NCBI GenBank assembly: GCA_964016885.1
Contig: OZ024755.1
Coordinates: 11,656,001 to 11,720,000, forward strand
Direction: 5' to 3'
From: Eledone cirrhosa
Lineage: Eukaryota
Length of the DNA stretch: 64,000 bases
Made by a program: the position numbers and the translations under genes. The notes beneath the pieces were generated by a model. That model saw only the letters and a list, made by a program, of their open reading frames with translations. It was not told the DNA's origin and searched no databases. Positions 30,855-51,409 of the stretch are shown here, in pieces (position 1 is the first letter of the stretch; each line of letters starts with the position of its first letter).

Positions 30855-32225
30855 GTGCTTGTTCAACAGTTTGTGCTGAGTATGTTTTATGCGCGTGGTG
30901 TGTCTACATATGCTTGTGTGAGTTTGTGCATATGTTCATGTGAATTTTATATATCTACACGTGACTTTGCTCTGTGTATATATTTAAGTTTACCCATATG
31001 TATGTATTATATGTGTGATTGTGGGTTGTTGATGAGTATCTCTTCCTTCTATATGTTCAATTTCATTTTATGTATTACGATGCCGTTCCGAAAGACTTTC
31101 GGAATGAAACAGCTCAGTAATCTGTAACTGAAACCCCAGGAATAAAAGAAAAGTAAAGTCACTGAAATGAAAGCATTGCCTTACATTTATTAATTGATCA
31201 GAATTATACATAAAGGCGACATTGAAGTAGCTAATGTGTTATTCTCTGGCTTCCAAATCTAAAAGAAAGCAAGCGAAACGAAGAACAATGCTATCTGTAT
31301 ATCTATCTATCTATCTATCTATCTATCCAAATACTCTCACCTCACATTTGAAATTAGAAAAAACCCTTTTCTCTGAATTTTCATTTTTGTTCTTTCTAAT
31401 TTCATTTCTTTTGCGCTGTCTCTCTCTTTCTCTCACTCTCCCTTTCTCTCCGGTCAACAACTGATTCTTTTTTTCAAATACCACTTTGGAAGAAGAATCA
31501 GGATGGAGAGAGAGGTGCTGCACCCCAGCAAGTTTTATGAAAGGTGGGTGAAAGTGGCGAGAATGGCCCGAGTGAATGGGCCTTCTCTCTATATCAGCCT
31601 GTAGGTTGAGGAAAAGGAGGAGAGGAAAGGAGTACAAACTCTTCGTACTCCTGGAGTTGAGGGTTGCACATTTTTTCGGGGGTATGTGTTACCCATATGA
31701 ACTGTCTCCCCCTATTGGGGAAAATCGACTAACTTTTTAAATTGCATTTGTGATAACATTTTACACGTTTTTATTGTATGAAAACTTCCCCCTTTGTATT
31801 TGTCCCCTTCTTTTGTGCTCCTGTGGCTAATAAAGAAACATATCTATCTATCTCTCTCTCTATATACGTAATAAAGAAACATATCTCTCTATATACGTGT
31901 GTCTGTCTGTCTGTCTGTCTGTGTGTGTGTAAATATGCATATATAATGGTAAAAAGGTAAATTAACATTGATTAACATTACTATTATGTAATTGTTTCAT
32001 ATTTCAATGTTCCTTACATAAGAGCTCGAATGATTCTAATGTATGTACATATATACGTATGTATGTTTTCTCTCTATCTTAATTTCGAGTTCATGTTTGA
32101 CCAGGAACTTTCCCGGTAGCAAGGTTGTAAAGAAAAGGAATTTTTTGTCGTCCCTTTTGTAAGTGTTCATATGTAGACACACCACGCGCATAAAACATAC
32201 TCAGCACAAACTGTTGAACAAGCAC
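30855..32225. repeat. Perfect 58-bp inverted repeat pair about 1.25 kb apart
   Basis: 30855-30912 gtgcttgttcaacag..tctacatatg equals the reverse complement of 32168-32225. Confidence 0.9.
31441..31852 (+). mobile_element. L1/Tx1-like LINE 3' end with AATAAA and (TATC)n tail
   Basis: Frame LILFFKYHFGRRIRMEREVLHPSKFYERWVKVARMARVNGPSLYISL* (31461-31604), 3' UTR hairpin ggagtac/gtactcc, 'ctaataaagaaaca(tatc)n'; second copy inverted at 34221-34474. Clade call is by resemblance only. Confidence 0.55.
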
Positions 32226-32863
32226 GCGCGCGTGTGTGCGTGTGCGTGTGTGCGTGTATTTACGTTTGTTCCATAATTTAACGGTTCAACAAAAAACTAT
32301 TGGGGGTTGATATGGTCGACTAAATCAAGGCGATACCATTGCCGCTATCTTATGACTCGAGATGTTCGTTGTCCTTGATGGCTGAGCTGATGTTTTCCTC
32401 CAATAAATAAACCCCATTTCATTGGCTTTAGCATGGTGCAGTTACGACGGAAAACATACGCGATGACTACATGTTTAAAGAATTTGTATTATCGTCTCAT
32501 TTTTGTATTCACTAATGAATAGTTATTGTCTATTTTATAATTTCAGTATTTTTAACAAAACTCGCAACACATTTGTATGGTATAGTTCAAGAACAAACGT
32601 CTGTCTGATCTTTCAACGAAGATAACAAAACAAAAATAAAAAACCATTACAAATTACAGAAATATTTTATACATACTTCTAGTATTTTGTCTGATAGAAA
32701 TTATAGATGTTCTTTTTCATAAGCTTTTCACAGAGGAAGTGGTTGTTTTATTAAGGAGTTTATAATGCAACTATCAGTGTTTTCTGTTATAGCTTCGGGT
32801 TGGCATGCGAATGAAACATGGTAGATCGAAACTTGTTTGGAAGCGTTTCATGTCTTATATATC

Positions 32864-32894
<31 letters not shown>

Positions 32895-32922
32895 AGGCAC
32901 TACACACACACATATATATATA

Positions 32923-33101
32923 TAATAGGAAAATGTATGACCCTGACGGCAGAGCTCAAGCCGTTTCGACGGCTATTTCTGGACGGCTCGAGTTCTGCCG
33001 TCGGGGTCATACATTTTCCTATTACCCACTCTACTACCCTAAATATTGAGTAATCTGGTGCGTTATGGTCCATCTGGTTCCTTACCACAACTCCTTCGTT
33101 A
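32923..33101 (+). mobile_element. Penelope-like fold-back pLTR element (family C) between (TA)n tracts
   Basis: Arms taataggaaaatgtatgacc..gacggcaga / tctgccgtc..ggtcatacattttcctatta (to 33024), then an unpaired tail homologous to the reverse complement of 52998-53070. Confidence 0.7.
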
Positions 33102-33169
33102 TATATATATAATGAAATGTGGTAGTCGGAAACTTGTGTAGAATGGAAACCTGTCTCATCTATACACAT

Positions 33170-33320
33170 TGAGCGTTTGTTTACGTGTACTGTTTGCCTC
33201 TGTCTCGTATCATAGCGGTTCGACAAAAACGATCCATAATATATTAAATTTGGGTCAGAATGATCGACTAAATACTTTAAGGTGGTGACCCAGCATGGCC
33301 GTAGTGTGAATATTAAAGCT
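33170..33320 (+). mobile_element. SINE family 3, diverged ('tagcggttcgacaaaa..tcgactaaa..aaggtggtg..ccagcatggccg')
   Basis: Related to reverse complements of 55835-56000, 58685-58835 and 60860-61010. Confidence 0.55.
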
Positions 33321-33479
33321 AGTCTATGAATAAGTTCAGCTTTAAATCCCTAAAATCCTATTAACAAATAGAACCGCTACCACACTATACAATTAATACA
33401 ATCATCAACTCTACCTCTCTCATGAAATAGGAAAAAAAGAAACAAATAAATAGACACCTCACACCGGCGTAGGTTTAAC

Positions 33480-33675
33480 TGGTTTCCCACGAGAGTACAT
33501 CTCATAGGAAGTTTCTCGTGTGTTTTAATGATAGGGTGACATAGTCCTGTCAAGAAAACCAATGTGAAAAGCAGCATCTTACTCAAAACACAACGTACCA
33601 CCCGTTACAGCCCAGAAATCGAACCCACAACTATGTGATCGCGACTACGACAATAACCATATCCGCTATGCCACC
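33480..33675 (-). mobile_element. tRNA-derived SINE family 2, diverged
   Basis: Minus-strand B-box GGTTCGATTTC and 'ttgtgttttgagtaagatgctgctt'. Confidence 0.5.
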
Positions 33676-34140
33676 AAACAAGAATATTTACTCCAGCAAT
33701 AATGCAACTACCAAAGTTATGATTATCAAAAACAAAAACAAAAAAAAATGTCAGAGATGAGACAGGCCTGGAATATTTTGGTTCTAGGAATGGACAGGCA
33801 GTTTCGTAATAGAAAGGATGGGGTCATCAGAGGACAAATAGTCGTAAGACAAGCCAAGCTGACGCTGTTCAGAGTCTATAGGAAACAAAGAGATGAATAT
33901 TCGCTTGTTTTTCCAGCTTGGCATTCAGTATGGAGGAAGTGAAGTGTAAAAGATAGCTAATTGAAAGAATTCGTTCAGTTTAAATGCCTCTCTGTTCTTC
34001 GTAGACAATTATATAACTGTCATTACCACTCAAACTATGCTTATAGTTCCATAGGCAAACGTAGTGGTATAAACAGAAGAAATAATAGACGAAGATGATA
34101 GATAAATATATAGAGAGGGTAGCTAGATAGATAGATAGAT

Positions 34141-34165
34141 ATGTTTCTTTATTAGCCACAGGAGC

Positions 34166-34223
<58 letters not shown>

Positions 34224-34474
34224 TGTTTCTTTATTAGCCACAGGGGCACAAAAGAAGGGGACAAATACAAAGGGGGAAGCTTACATACAATAAAAACGTG
34301 TAAAATATTATCACAACTGCAATTTAAAAATTAGTCTATTTTCCCCAATAGGGAGAGACATTACATATGGGTAACACATAACCCCGAAAATATTGTGCAG
34401 CCCTCATCTCCAGGAGTACAAAGAGTTTGTACTCCTTTCCTCTCCTCCTCTTTTTCCTCAACCTACAGGCTGAT
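34141..34474 (-). mobile_element. L1/Tx1-like 3' end plus an extra 25-bp tail copy within (GATA)n
   Basis: 34221-34474 is the reverse-complement homologue of 31593-31845; 'atgtttctttattagccacagg' is repeated at 34141. Confidence 0.7.
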
Positions 34475-35019
34475 GTACAAAACGAGGATTATTTGTGAGT
34501 CTGTCCACAATCTGTCTTTATCAGTGTATGCAAACATCCTTCGCATTGTATGTCCCCCTTTCATTGTCTCACTATCTACCTATCTATATATATATAGGAG
34601 ATAATTATACAATACACATTGTAAAGTACATGTGCTTATAGCGAGTCGATTACTTCATCATATATATATACATATATATATATTTATATATAATTGGTGG
34701 TAGCTCTAAGACAGTGTTTAAGTATCATTGAGGTTATATGGAAACTTATATAAGCATATATAATACGTTTATATACAATAAACATATGGGTAACCTCGCT
34801 GCCGAAGAAAACTAATTTTTCGTAACGAAACGAAAACGAAAACAAACGAAACAAAATTATATTTTCTATTTGCTATATGCAAATGAGTATCCCCAGTAAG
34901 TGATCATCAAGCAAAATACTAAAGCGACTATAGTCTATTCCATGCCAGTATGTTCTCAATGAGTGTTACTGATAAAAGGCTAATGAATCTTGAAACAGCA
35001 TTGTCGGATACACTCAGAA

Positions 35020-35205
35020 TATACTGGCAGTAGGTAAACTGCTGGGCTCCCAATTGTTAGCTCGTGAATTCGATTTCCGGATCGGGCGACGCGTTGCGTT
35101 CTTGAGCAAAACATTACTTCTCGTTGCTCTAGTCCCATCGGCTGAATGAAAATAAGTTGCGATGACACTAGTGGCAATCCGTATCGGCCTTTGCCTTTCC
35201 CTTGG
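35020..35205 (+). mobile_element. tRNA-derived SINE family 2
   Basis: B-box-like 'gaattcgatttcc', core 'gttcttgagcaaaacatt..ttgctctagtcc..cggctg'. Confidence 0.55.
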
Positions 35206-36194
35206 ATAGCATCTATGAAATGTAAGGAAAGGCATGCATGCAAGGGCAACCGGTGGCCATCTAAAAACATCTCGCTCGGATGTGTGCTTCAGCGAAGCAA
35301 AGCTATAGTCAATCAGTAATGGTTGCAAAACCCATGCCCAGTCATGGCCAAAAGAAGATCTTTCCCATGGCAAGTATGTAGTAACTCGAACGGCTAACCA
35401 CAAAAGACAGCTGCATCTTCCGTGAATTATATGGAGTTCAGTGTGACATGATAACAATTGTTTTGACGTAAACCTCAACTGTTTAATGATCTCAACTTTC
35501 TAATGTCACGGAATATTATTATTTCAATACGGCAGATAACAAAGACGTTCAGTCAAATACGCCAATTAACAAGGATATCAGCACACAAATCTTACGTTAT
35601 TTGGAATTATTCAACCTCTGAAATAAATGAAATAGTAAAGTTCAAATTTGGAATTTTAATAAGTCTGTTGTAAAGAAAACACTATCATATATTGCCTGAA
35701 TTCTCTCAACCGCCACAGAAATCATAGGCATCTTTATATAATGGTCATAAACATACAGCTTTTGATAATACTGAGGGTTTGCAACCAAGCAACAGCAGTG
35801 TCAGATGATGATCCACTGTAACTAAATTCATATCTGCATTTATATTTTAAAATAATGGTTGGGCCCACGCTGCTTTCGATAAAGAATGTTTTTTTAAGTT
35901 GTTCGATCATCAGAACGCCAAACACATGTAATTAATGGGTAAAGGTTGAGCATTCCACAGACACGTGTACCCATAACAAATTTCCGAAGCCGAATAAACG
36001 TTACCGAACATGTGACATGTCAATCCGGTGAGATTGCACATAGTTTCCATTGAATCAAATGTTTACGGACAAGGCTTGGGTTATTTCTAGGTTTTTATTA
36101 AAGACACCTGCACGATATAATACACAACCGGATATAATACACACTCGGTCATAACGTATCTAGGACTACATTATTCAATGTATCCTTTGAAGGA

Positions 36195-36590
36195 TCTTTG
36201 GCTGTTGCTTGCTCGGATTTGTTCGACTCGACTATGTCACCCGTCTCGAAATCCTTCATAGAGTTCAGAAGTTCAGCAGGATAACATTCTGTGCTCGTAC
36301 AGAGCTGGTTGATGAAGGTTTTGTTGGACGGCCGCTCCGTCTATATTAAGTTATACTGCCCATAAGAGTTTATCAATAATGAGTTATTGCTGAATTCTCA
36401 AACAATAACTTACATCTAGGTCTCCTTCAAATTACATCAGTGATTGCAAAACGTTTACCGTAGTCTGTTTGGTCGTATGCGCCGTGCAGAAGATATCTAA
36501 AATGGTCCGCAACCTGCAGTCAATACTCGTATATCACTCATCATTTCTTGCTGAGCTTTCCATCAATGTAATAGCGCATGTATCTTTCTT
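36195..36590 (-). mobile_element. Degenerate RTE-X LINE 3' fragment
   Basis: Minus frames give GRP..TFINQLCTSTECYPAELLNSMKD and LRTILDIF..HTTKQ with stops and frameshifts. Confidence 0.5.
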
Positions 36591-36617
36591 TTAAAAAATT
36601 CAGTGCTTGCAAAATGA

Positions 36618-36680
<63 letters not shown>

Positions 36681-36719
36681 TGTGTGAGTGTGAGTGTGAG
36701 TGTGTGTGTGTGTTATTGG

Positions 36720-36990
36720 ACCATCGTTTGTTCCGACGAAAAGTATCCAAGTTGATTGATCAAGGAAATCCTACAAGTGGGTGAGCATTCCACAACTACG
36801 TGTAACCTTTACTCAGGACAATTCAGAGTGAAACAGTTTCTGGGTCAATGCCGACCCTTTGAATTACAGGCATAACTCCAGCAGCAAGAATTCAAGTTTC
36901 TCGCTCAGGGACACAGTGGACACCAGAAGTCGTAACCCGGCCTTACGATCGTGAGCCTAACATTCTAACTAGTAAGCCATGCGCCTTCAC
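36720..36990 (-). mobile_element. tRNA-derived SINE family 2
   Basis: Minus strand head 'gtgaaggcgcatggcttactagttagaatgtt..cacgatcgtaagg', core 'tgtgtccctgagcgagaaactt'. Confidence 0.65.
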
Positions 36991-37771
36991 AATGATTGCA
37001 GTACAGAGCCAAATTAAACCCTACATAATACTGACATGAATACAACATAGAGATCTAAGCTTCAACTGTTTACTTTGCTGTTGGTTTTAATGAATTGTTA
37101 TCGTTCTAAGGTTTCCTCACTTTAACCCTTTCATTACTACAATTCTAATGATAGGCATTTTCAAATCCTGTTGGGAAAATGATCAATAATTTGGAACTAT
37201 GTAGCAATATTACTAAGTTTCTCATTATTAAGTTGGTGTTTGATACATAACTTAAAGATTCTTACATATGATAGGATTAAACATAACACACGTTAAGTTA
37301 TGCTGGAAGGCATGGTACATAACTTAAATGTTCTTACAGAAAATTATGATAGGAGGTTTTCAGATAAATATTTTAAAAAAAACAACCTAAAAATAAACAA
37401 TTGTGTATGAAAGAATTAGGGCCGATTTCAGGCGGTTTGGAATCGAATGTGTTAGTGATGACGAAAGCTCAAATAGTAAGGTTGATAAACAAGTCCGGCA
37501 ACCAACATGATCTCTTGAGGCACTTAATTACGTCAATTTATGTTCTCTGACCAAAATTCGCTGGGGTCGATTTTTAACTTTTAACGTTTCGAAGTCATCA
37601 CTGCAATAACTATCAAGCATGTAACGCCAGAGACTATTTAAATGTCCAAAATCAATATCAACATAGACATAATATTGAGCGTTTATATAGAATTGTTTAT
37701 ATATATGTGTACACGTAGTGGCACAGATGTGCATGTGTGTCGTGTTATATGTATGTGTATGTGTGAATGTC

Positions 37772-38085
37772 TGTGGCTTAGTGGTTAAAGTGTTCCGATT
37801 AGGATTGTAAGGTCGTGAGTTCAATCTCAAACAGCATGTTTTCTCCTTGAGCAATTTACTTTATTTCACATGGCCCCAGTCCACTCAAACAGAATAAAAA
37901 ATGAGTTGTCAAAGAGCAGCTTTGTCACACGCCGTGTCACGTTGAATCACTCTGAGAACTGGGTTAAGCGTACGCGTGCTTGTGGCCTGCTCAGACACAT
38001 GCCTATGAATTTCACGTGCAAGCTGTTTCGTTGTTCTAACAATTAGAACAGTTCTCATCGTCGCAACCGACGGAGATCCAACACA
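37772..38085 (+). mobile_element. tRNA-derived SINE family 2, near full length
   Basis: A-box TGGCTTAGTGG, B-box GAGTTCAATCTC, core 'ccttgagcaa..actttatttcac..ccagtccactca', tail 'ctcatcgtcgcaaccgacggag'. Confidence 0.75.
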
Positions 38086-38086
38086 C

Positions 38087-38120
<34 letters not shown>

Positions 38121-38360
38121 GTTTCAGTGTACAGTTATGGATATGTGTATAGTTTGTGTGCGCGCGTATAATTATGTGTATGTGTGTATATATATACGTG
38201 AACGGTTGTGTACGTGTGTGTATAATTGAGTCTATGTGCATATAGTTAAGTGTATGCGTTAGTGTAGTTGTGTGTATCGGTGCATATAATTGTGTAAATG
38301 CTTATGTATAATTGTGGGCATAGTTTTCTGTATGCGTGTACATAGTTGTGTATATGTGTA

Positions 38361-38626
38361 GGACTGGCTTTGTGCAGTGCCTTTGCTCACTATAAAAGCT
38401 TCACGGCACAGGCATTGCTTTATATCTGGAGATCTCTTTGCACTTGTCACATGGTACCATGGGCCCAGGACTATGTGTCAGTAATTGTCACAAGTGTAGT
38501 GTTTGTACCAGAGTTTTCAAGTCGCTGGCTGGACTAAAAAGTCACACTCGTTCAGCGCATCGGTAGGGGTTCTCCTACATGGATATAAAGTAGTGGCCGT
38601 ACTCGAAAACGAGTTGGGAGCCACCA
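38361..38626 (+). mobile_element. 5'-truncated copy of the 607-bp RTE-tailed element
   Basis: Matches 61982-62250 with an intact 3' end. Confidence 0.88.
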
Positions 38627-39679
38627 TATGTGTGGCTATAGTTGAGTGTATGTGTATTTATAGTTGTGTGTATGTGTGTTTATACTTATGTCTGTATGTA
38701 TGTTTTCGCTTATTTACTGTGTAATTAAACAAGTATTATTCATGGAAGCACTAATTTGTGCTGTTTGTCTCAAACGTGGCAACATATATTCGTAGCTAAT
38801 ATTTCATAAATGTAAGACAATTCAATGGTGGTGGTGGTGGTGGGTGGGGCGGCAGTAGCAGTGTTAATGGTTGTGCTGTTGATGGTGATGTAGATGGGGA
38901 CATGATGGTGGTGCTGGTGATAATCTTAATGGCAGTGATGGTGAAGATGATTATAGTGTGATGGTGATGCTAAATATATTAGTGGTAATTGGTGGTGGTG
39001 ATGGTGATGATGATTGTGAAGACGGTGGTAATATAGAGGATGAGAGTATGATTGTGGCGGTGGAGATGATGATGATGATACGATGCAACGAGTCTTCAAG
39101 CTAAATATGACTTCCTTTTCAACTTGGAGAGCGACAAAAGTTTACTTTATATATTAGAGGTGGGGGTAAGAGAGAGGGTGAGGGGAAGAGAGGCAGAGAA
39201 AAAGCTGAGAGATAGAGTGTAAAATATATAAAAAATTATATAATCGTGGGAGAGAAAGATGAGGGGGGGGGGGTAGAGGGAGATAGAGATAGAAGAAAGA
39301 TGGGAGAGGAAGAGAGAGATGAGATGGGGAGGGAGAGGAAGAGAGAGATGAGATGGGGAGGGAGAGGGAGAGAGAGGGAGAGAGAGAGGGAGAGAGAGGG
39401 AGAGAGAGGGAGAGAGAGAGGGAGGAGGGGGGAAGAGGTAGAGAAAAGAAAGAGAGAGAGAGGTGGGGGGGAGGGAAATGAAGAGATATATAGATTAGTT
39501 ATTTATAAGAGAAATGAATTTCTAATTTGGATATCCCATTGATTTTAATAATATCGCTAAATCACTATTCAAATATCTCTGTACGAGTCACTATCTTCCT
39601 ACACATAATTTCACACACACACACACACACACATATATATGTGTGCATGGTTATGTTTATGTACACAGTTATACAGACG

Positions 39680-39712
39680 CACATATATATATATATATAT
39701 ATATATATTATG

Positions 39713-39744
<32 letters not shown>

Positions 39745-40136
39745 TATATACACATATATATATACACATATATATATACACATACACACATATATATATA
39801 TACACATATATATATATACACATATATATATATACACATATATATATATACACATATATAAATATACACATATATATATATACACATATATAAATATACA
39901 CATATATATATATACACATATATATATACACATATATATATATACACATATATATATACATATATATATACACATATATATATACACATATATATATATA
40001 TACACACATATATATACACATATATATATACACATATATATATACACATATATATATACACACATATATATATACACATATATATATATACAAATATATA
40101 TATACAAATATATATGATATACACATATATATATAT

Positions 40137-40179
<43 letters not shown>

Positions 40180-40432
40180 TATATATATACACACACATAT
40201 ATATATATATATACACACACATATATATATATATATACATATAAACATATATATATATATATACACACACATATATATATATATATACATATAAACATAT
40301 ATATATATATACATATAAACATATATATATATATATATACATATATATAAACATATAAACATATATATATATATATACATATATATAAAACATTATATAT
40401 ATATACATATATATATATATACATATATATAC

Positions 40433-40489
<57 letters not shown>

Positions 40490-40500
40490 CATATATATAC

Positions 40501-40533
<33 letters not shown>

Positions 40534-40973
40534 CATATATATACATATATATATATATATACATATATATACATATATATATATACATATATATATATAC
40601 ATATATATACATATATATATATATATACATATATATAAACATATATATATATACATATACATAAACATATATATATACATATATATATATATACACACAT
40701 ATATATATATATACATATATATATATACACATATATATATATATATATATAAACATATATATATATACATATATATATACATATATATATATATACATAT
40801 ATATATATACACATATATATATATATACATATATATATATACACATATATATATATACACATATATATATATACACATATATATATATACACATATATAT
40901 ATATACATATATATATACATATATATATACACATATATATATATACACATATATATATATACACATATATATA
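39680..40973. repeat. (TA)n/(CATA)n microsatellite
   Basis: Direct inspection. Confidence 0.95.
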
Positions 40974-41580
40974 TGGTGGCTGCCAACTCGTTTTCGAGTA
41001 CGGCCACTACTTTATATCCATATAGGAGAACTTCTACGATGCGCTGAACGAGTGTGACTTTTTAGTCCAACCAGCGACTTGTAAACTCTGGTACAAATAC
41101 TACACTTGTGACAATTATTGACACATAGTGCTGGGCCCATGGTACCCTGTGACGACAAGTGCAGAGAGATCTCCAGATATAAAGCAATGCCTGTGCCGTG
41201 AAGCTTTCATAGTGAGCAAAGGCACTGCACAAAGCCAGTCCCACTTTCTTAACCAAGATGATATTTACCAAAAAGAAGAAACAAGTCAACATCATTGGAT
41301 ACCATCAGGGTTGCAGGTGTTATATAAGAGTTTTCCTTCTCCTAGAATTCTGCCTTGACAAAGGCTAAGGGGTCATCTCTCCCAGTGATTTGGATGGACA
41401 TTGACTCTTAAGAGCTCCTTTGCCCTTTGACAGGTTTTGTTTTTAGTCCTGCAGGATGTCCAAAGTCACCCTCCTCACCAAGAAACCTGGGTGGGGTTGC
41501 CAGTTTAGTCGCCAACGACCCGACCATGGGACAGGTTGTACTGGATACATGTTACCAGTAGCACCAACTGATGACCTGAC
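40974..41580 (-). mobile_element. 607-bp non-coding element with RTE-type 3' stem-loop tail, in (TA)n
   Basis: End-to-end reverse-complement homologue of 61644-62250 with the same termini (gtcaggtca...gcagccacca). Confidence 0.88.
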
Positions 41581-48590
<7,010 letters not shown>

Positions 48591-48741
48591 CGTACTTAGA
48601 AAATCTACTAGAATGCCTTTCGTATTACTTCCAGCTCTGTCAGTTCTGAGTTCAAATCCTGAAATCCCGCTGAGGTCAATGCTGACTGCTGTGATCTGAC
48701 GTTAAATGAAGAAAGAATTCCTATGTCCTTCGTTAAAGACG

Positions 48742-48772
<31 letters not shown>

Positions 48773-48972
48773 TTTGTTTCTCAGTTGTTTGTCTCTTGTT
48801 AGATATATTGAAGTCCCCCCCCCCCCCCCATGGCCAGACAGTTCATCAGAGAGAAAATAACTTGATCAGCAGAATTACTATATCTTATTATGCTATCATG
48901 CCGTTCCCTTTCGTTTGTTAATGCTACCATGTATATATTATATAAAGGGTGTATTTATATATGCATATATAC

Positions 48973-49015
<43 letters not shown>

Positions 49016-49116
49016 GGGGGTGTATTTATATATGTATATATGTATGTATACATTTATATATATATATATATCTATATCTATGGGCTGTATTTATATATGT
49101 ATATATGTATGTATAC

Positions 49117-49152
<36 letters not shown>

Positions 49153-49307
49153 ATATATATAGGCTGTATTTATATATGTATATATGTATGTATACATTTA
49201 TATATATATATATAGGCTATATTTATATATGTATATATGTATGTATACATTTATATATATATATATATATATAGGCTATATTTATATATGTATATATGTA
49301 TGTATAC

Positions 49308-49348
<41 letters not shown>

Positions 49349-49433
49349 CTGTATTTATATATGTATATATGTATGTATACATTTATATATATATATATAG
49401 GCTGTATTTATATATGTATATATGTATGTATAC

Positions 49434-49490
<57 letters not shown>

Positions 49491-49522
49491 CTGTATTTAT
49501 ATATGTATATATGTATGTATAC

Positions 49523-49553
<31 letters not shown>

Positions 49554-49667
49554 GGCTGTATTTATATATGTATATATGTATGTATACATTTATATATATA
49601 TATATATATATATATAATAATGAAATGACAGGAGGCTGGATTTGTGTAAATCCTTGAAAGGTTTATT

Positions 49668-49725
49668 ATACTATGATCATTTCAATGACCGGGTTCCGTA
49701 TGAATCCGGTGATATCATCAGGTAT
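49668..49725 (-). ncRNA. Type I hammerhead ribozyme (predicted), mirror copy
   Basis: Exact reverse complement of 49887-49944. Confidence 0.7.
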
Positions 49726-49886
49726 TCGAAATATAATACGTGAATGTAATAGGTAAAATCCATGGGGCTGAAAATCGAGACCCAGCGCGACCGGCTGAGG
49801 TTGAAGGAACAGAATAGCGGTCGCCCTCGGGTCTCGATTTTCAGCCCCATGGATTTTACCTATTACATTCACGTATTATATTTCGA

Positions 49887-49944
49887 ATACCTGATGATAT
49901 CACCGGATTCATACGGAACCCGGTCATTGAAATGATCATAGTAT
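49887..49944 (+). ncRNA. Type I hammerhead ribozyme (predicted)
   Basis: atac CTGATGA tatc-accgg-attcatacggaac-ccggt-catt GAAA tgatca TA gtat: stem I atac/gtat, palindromic minimal stem III (TGATCA), cleavage triplet AUA. Confidence 0.7.
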
Positions 49945-50237
49945 AATAAACCTTTCAAGGATTTACACAAATCCAGCCTCCTGTCATTTCATTATAATAT
50001 TTAACTCCGTAATAGCACCACCAACTACAAAAACAAAGACGGTTGAACTGCTTTACGTTGAGTACTCTCTATATTATTGCATTACGATTGACCATACGGA
50101 ATAGACCAGCTCTATACAGTGGTGAACCTCAAACCTGAATATATATATATATGGGCTGTATTTATATATGTATATATGTATGTATACATATATATATTTA
50201 TATATGTATGTATACATATATATATATATATATTTAC

Positions 50238-50725
<488 letters not shown>

Positions 50726-50793
50726 GGGGTGTATTTACATATGTATATATGTATGTATACATTTATATATATATATAGTTTTAATATAGAAGA

Positions 50794-50842
50794 GATTCTA
50801 CAGGACTAGAACTGTTTCATTCTTTAGAAATCATCAGGAATC
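50794..50842 (-). ncRNA. Type I hammerhead ribozyme (predicted)
   Basis: gattc CTGATGA t-ttc-taaa-gaa-t GAAA cag-ttctagtc-ctg TA gaatc; stem I covaries with the 23796 copy (gcttc/gaagc vs gattc/gaatc). Confidence 0.82.
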
Positions 50843-50898
50843 CCTGATGATTTCTAAAAGTCAAACAGTTCTAGTCCTGTAGAATCTCTTCTATATTA

Positions 50899-51083
50899 TC
50901 GGTGGATTGGCAGTATCGGTAGAGGGTCGGACGCCATGCTTTCCAGCATAGTTACGTCCCTTTACGATCTGAGTTCAAATCTCGCCGAGGTTGACTTTGC
51001 CTTTCATCTTTACGGGGTCGATAAAATAAAGTACCAGTAATGCACTGGGTAATTGCTGGCCTTGTGCCTAAAGTAGAAACAAT
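50899..51083 (+). mobile_element. SINE family 1, 7-bp TSD (tatatta)
   Basis: A-box TGGCAGTATCGG, B-box GAGTTCAAATCTC; TSD at 50892-50898 and 51084-51090. Confidence 0.9.
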
Positions 51084-51214
51084 TATATTAAAACTTTTAT
51101 ACTCTGCTATGTATTGAGTACCTTACTTACTGTGGTTACCTCCGATTCAACCCGGAATAACGTATATATATATATATATATATATAAGGGGTGTATTTAT
51201 ATATGTATGTATAC

Positions 51215-51266
<52 letters not shown>

Positions 51267-51268
51267 AC

Positions 51269-51318
<50 letters not shown>

Positions 51319-51355
51319 GGTGTATTTATATATGTATACATGTATGTATACATTT

Positions 51356-51405
<50 letters not shown>

Positions 51406-51409
<4 letters not shown>

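Larger units (their letters stand above)
49617..49995. mobile_element. 379-bp palindrome (167-bp perfect arms, 45-nt spacer) carrying mirror-image hammerheads; probable Penelope-like fold-back element (family D)
   Basis: Arms 49617-49783 / 49829-49995; left end abuts (TA)n; unpaired sequence continues to about 50138. Confidence 0.85.
50778..51161 (+). mobile_element. Penelope-like fold-back pLTR (family A) interrupted by a SINE
   Basis: Inverted arms centred near 50840; tail 51091-51161 matches 23864-23931. Confidence 0.78.

Noticed and set aside
33748-33942. 64-aa non-repetitive ORF
   Set aside because: No recognisable domain or supporting splice structure.
50843-50890. Plus-strand hammerhead in the right arm of the family A element
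   Set aside because: GAAA is mutated to CAAA and stem I is truncated, so it is predicted inactive.
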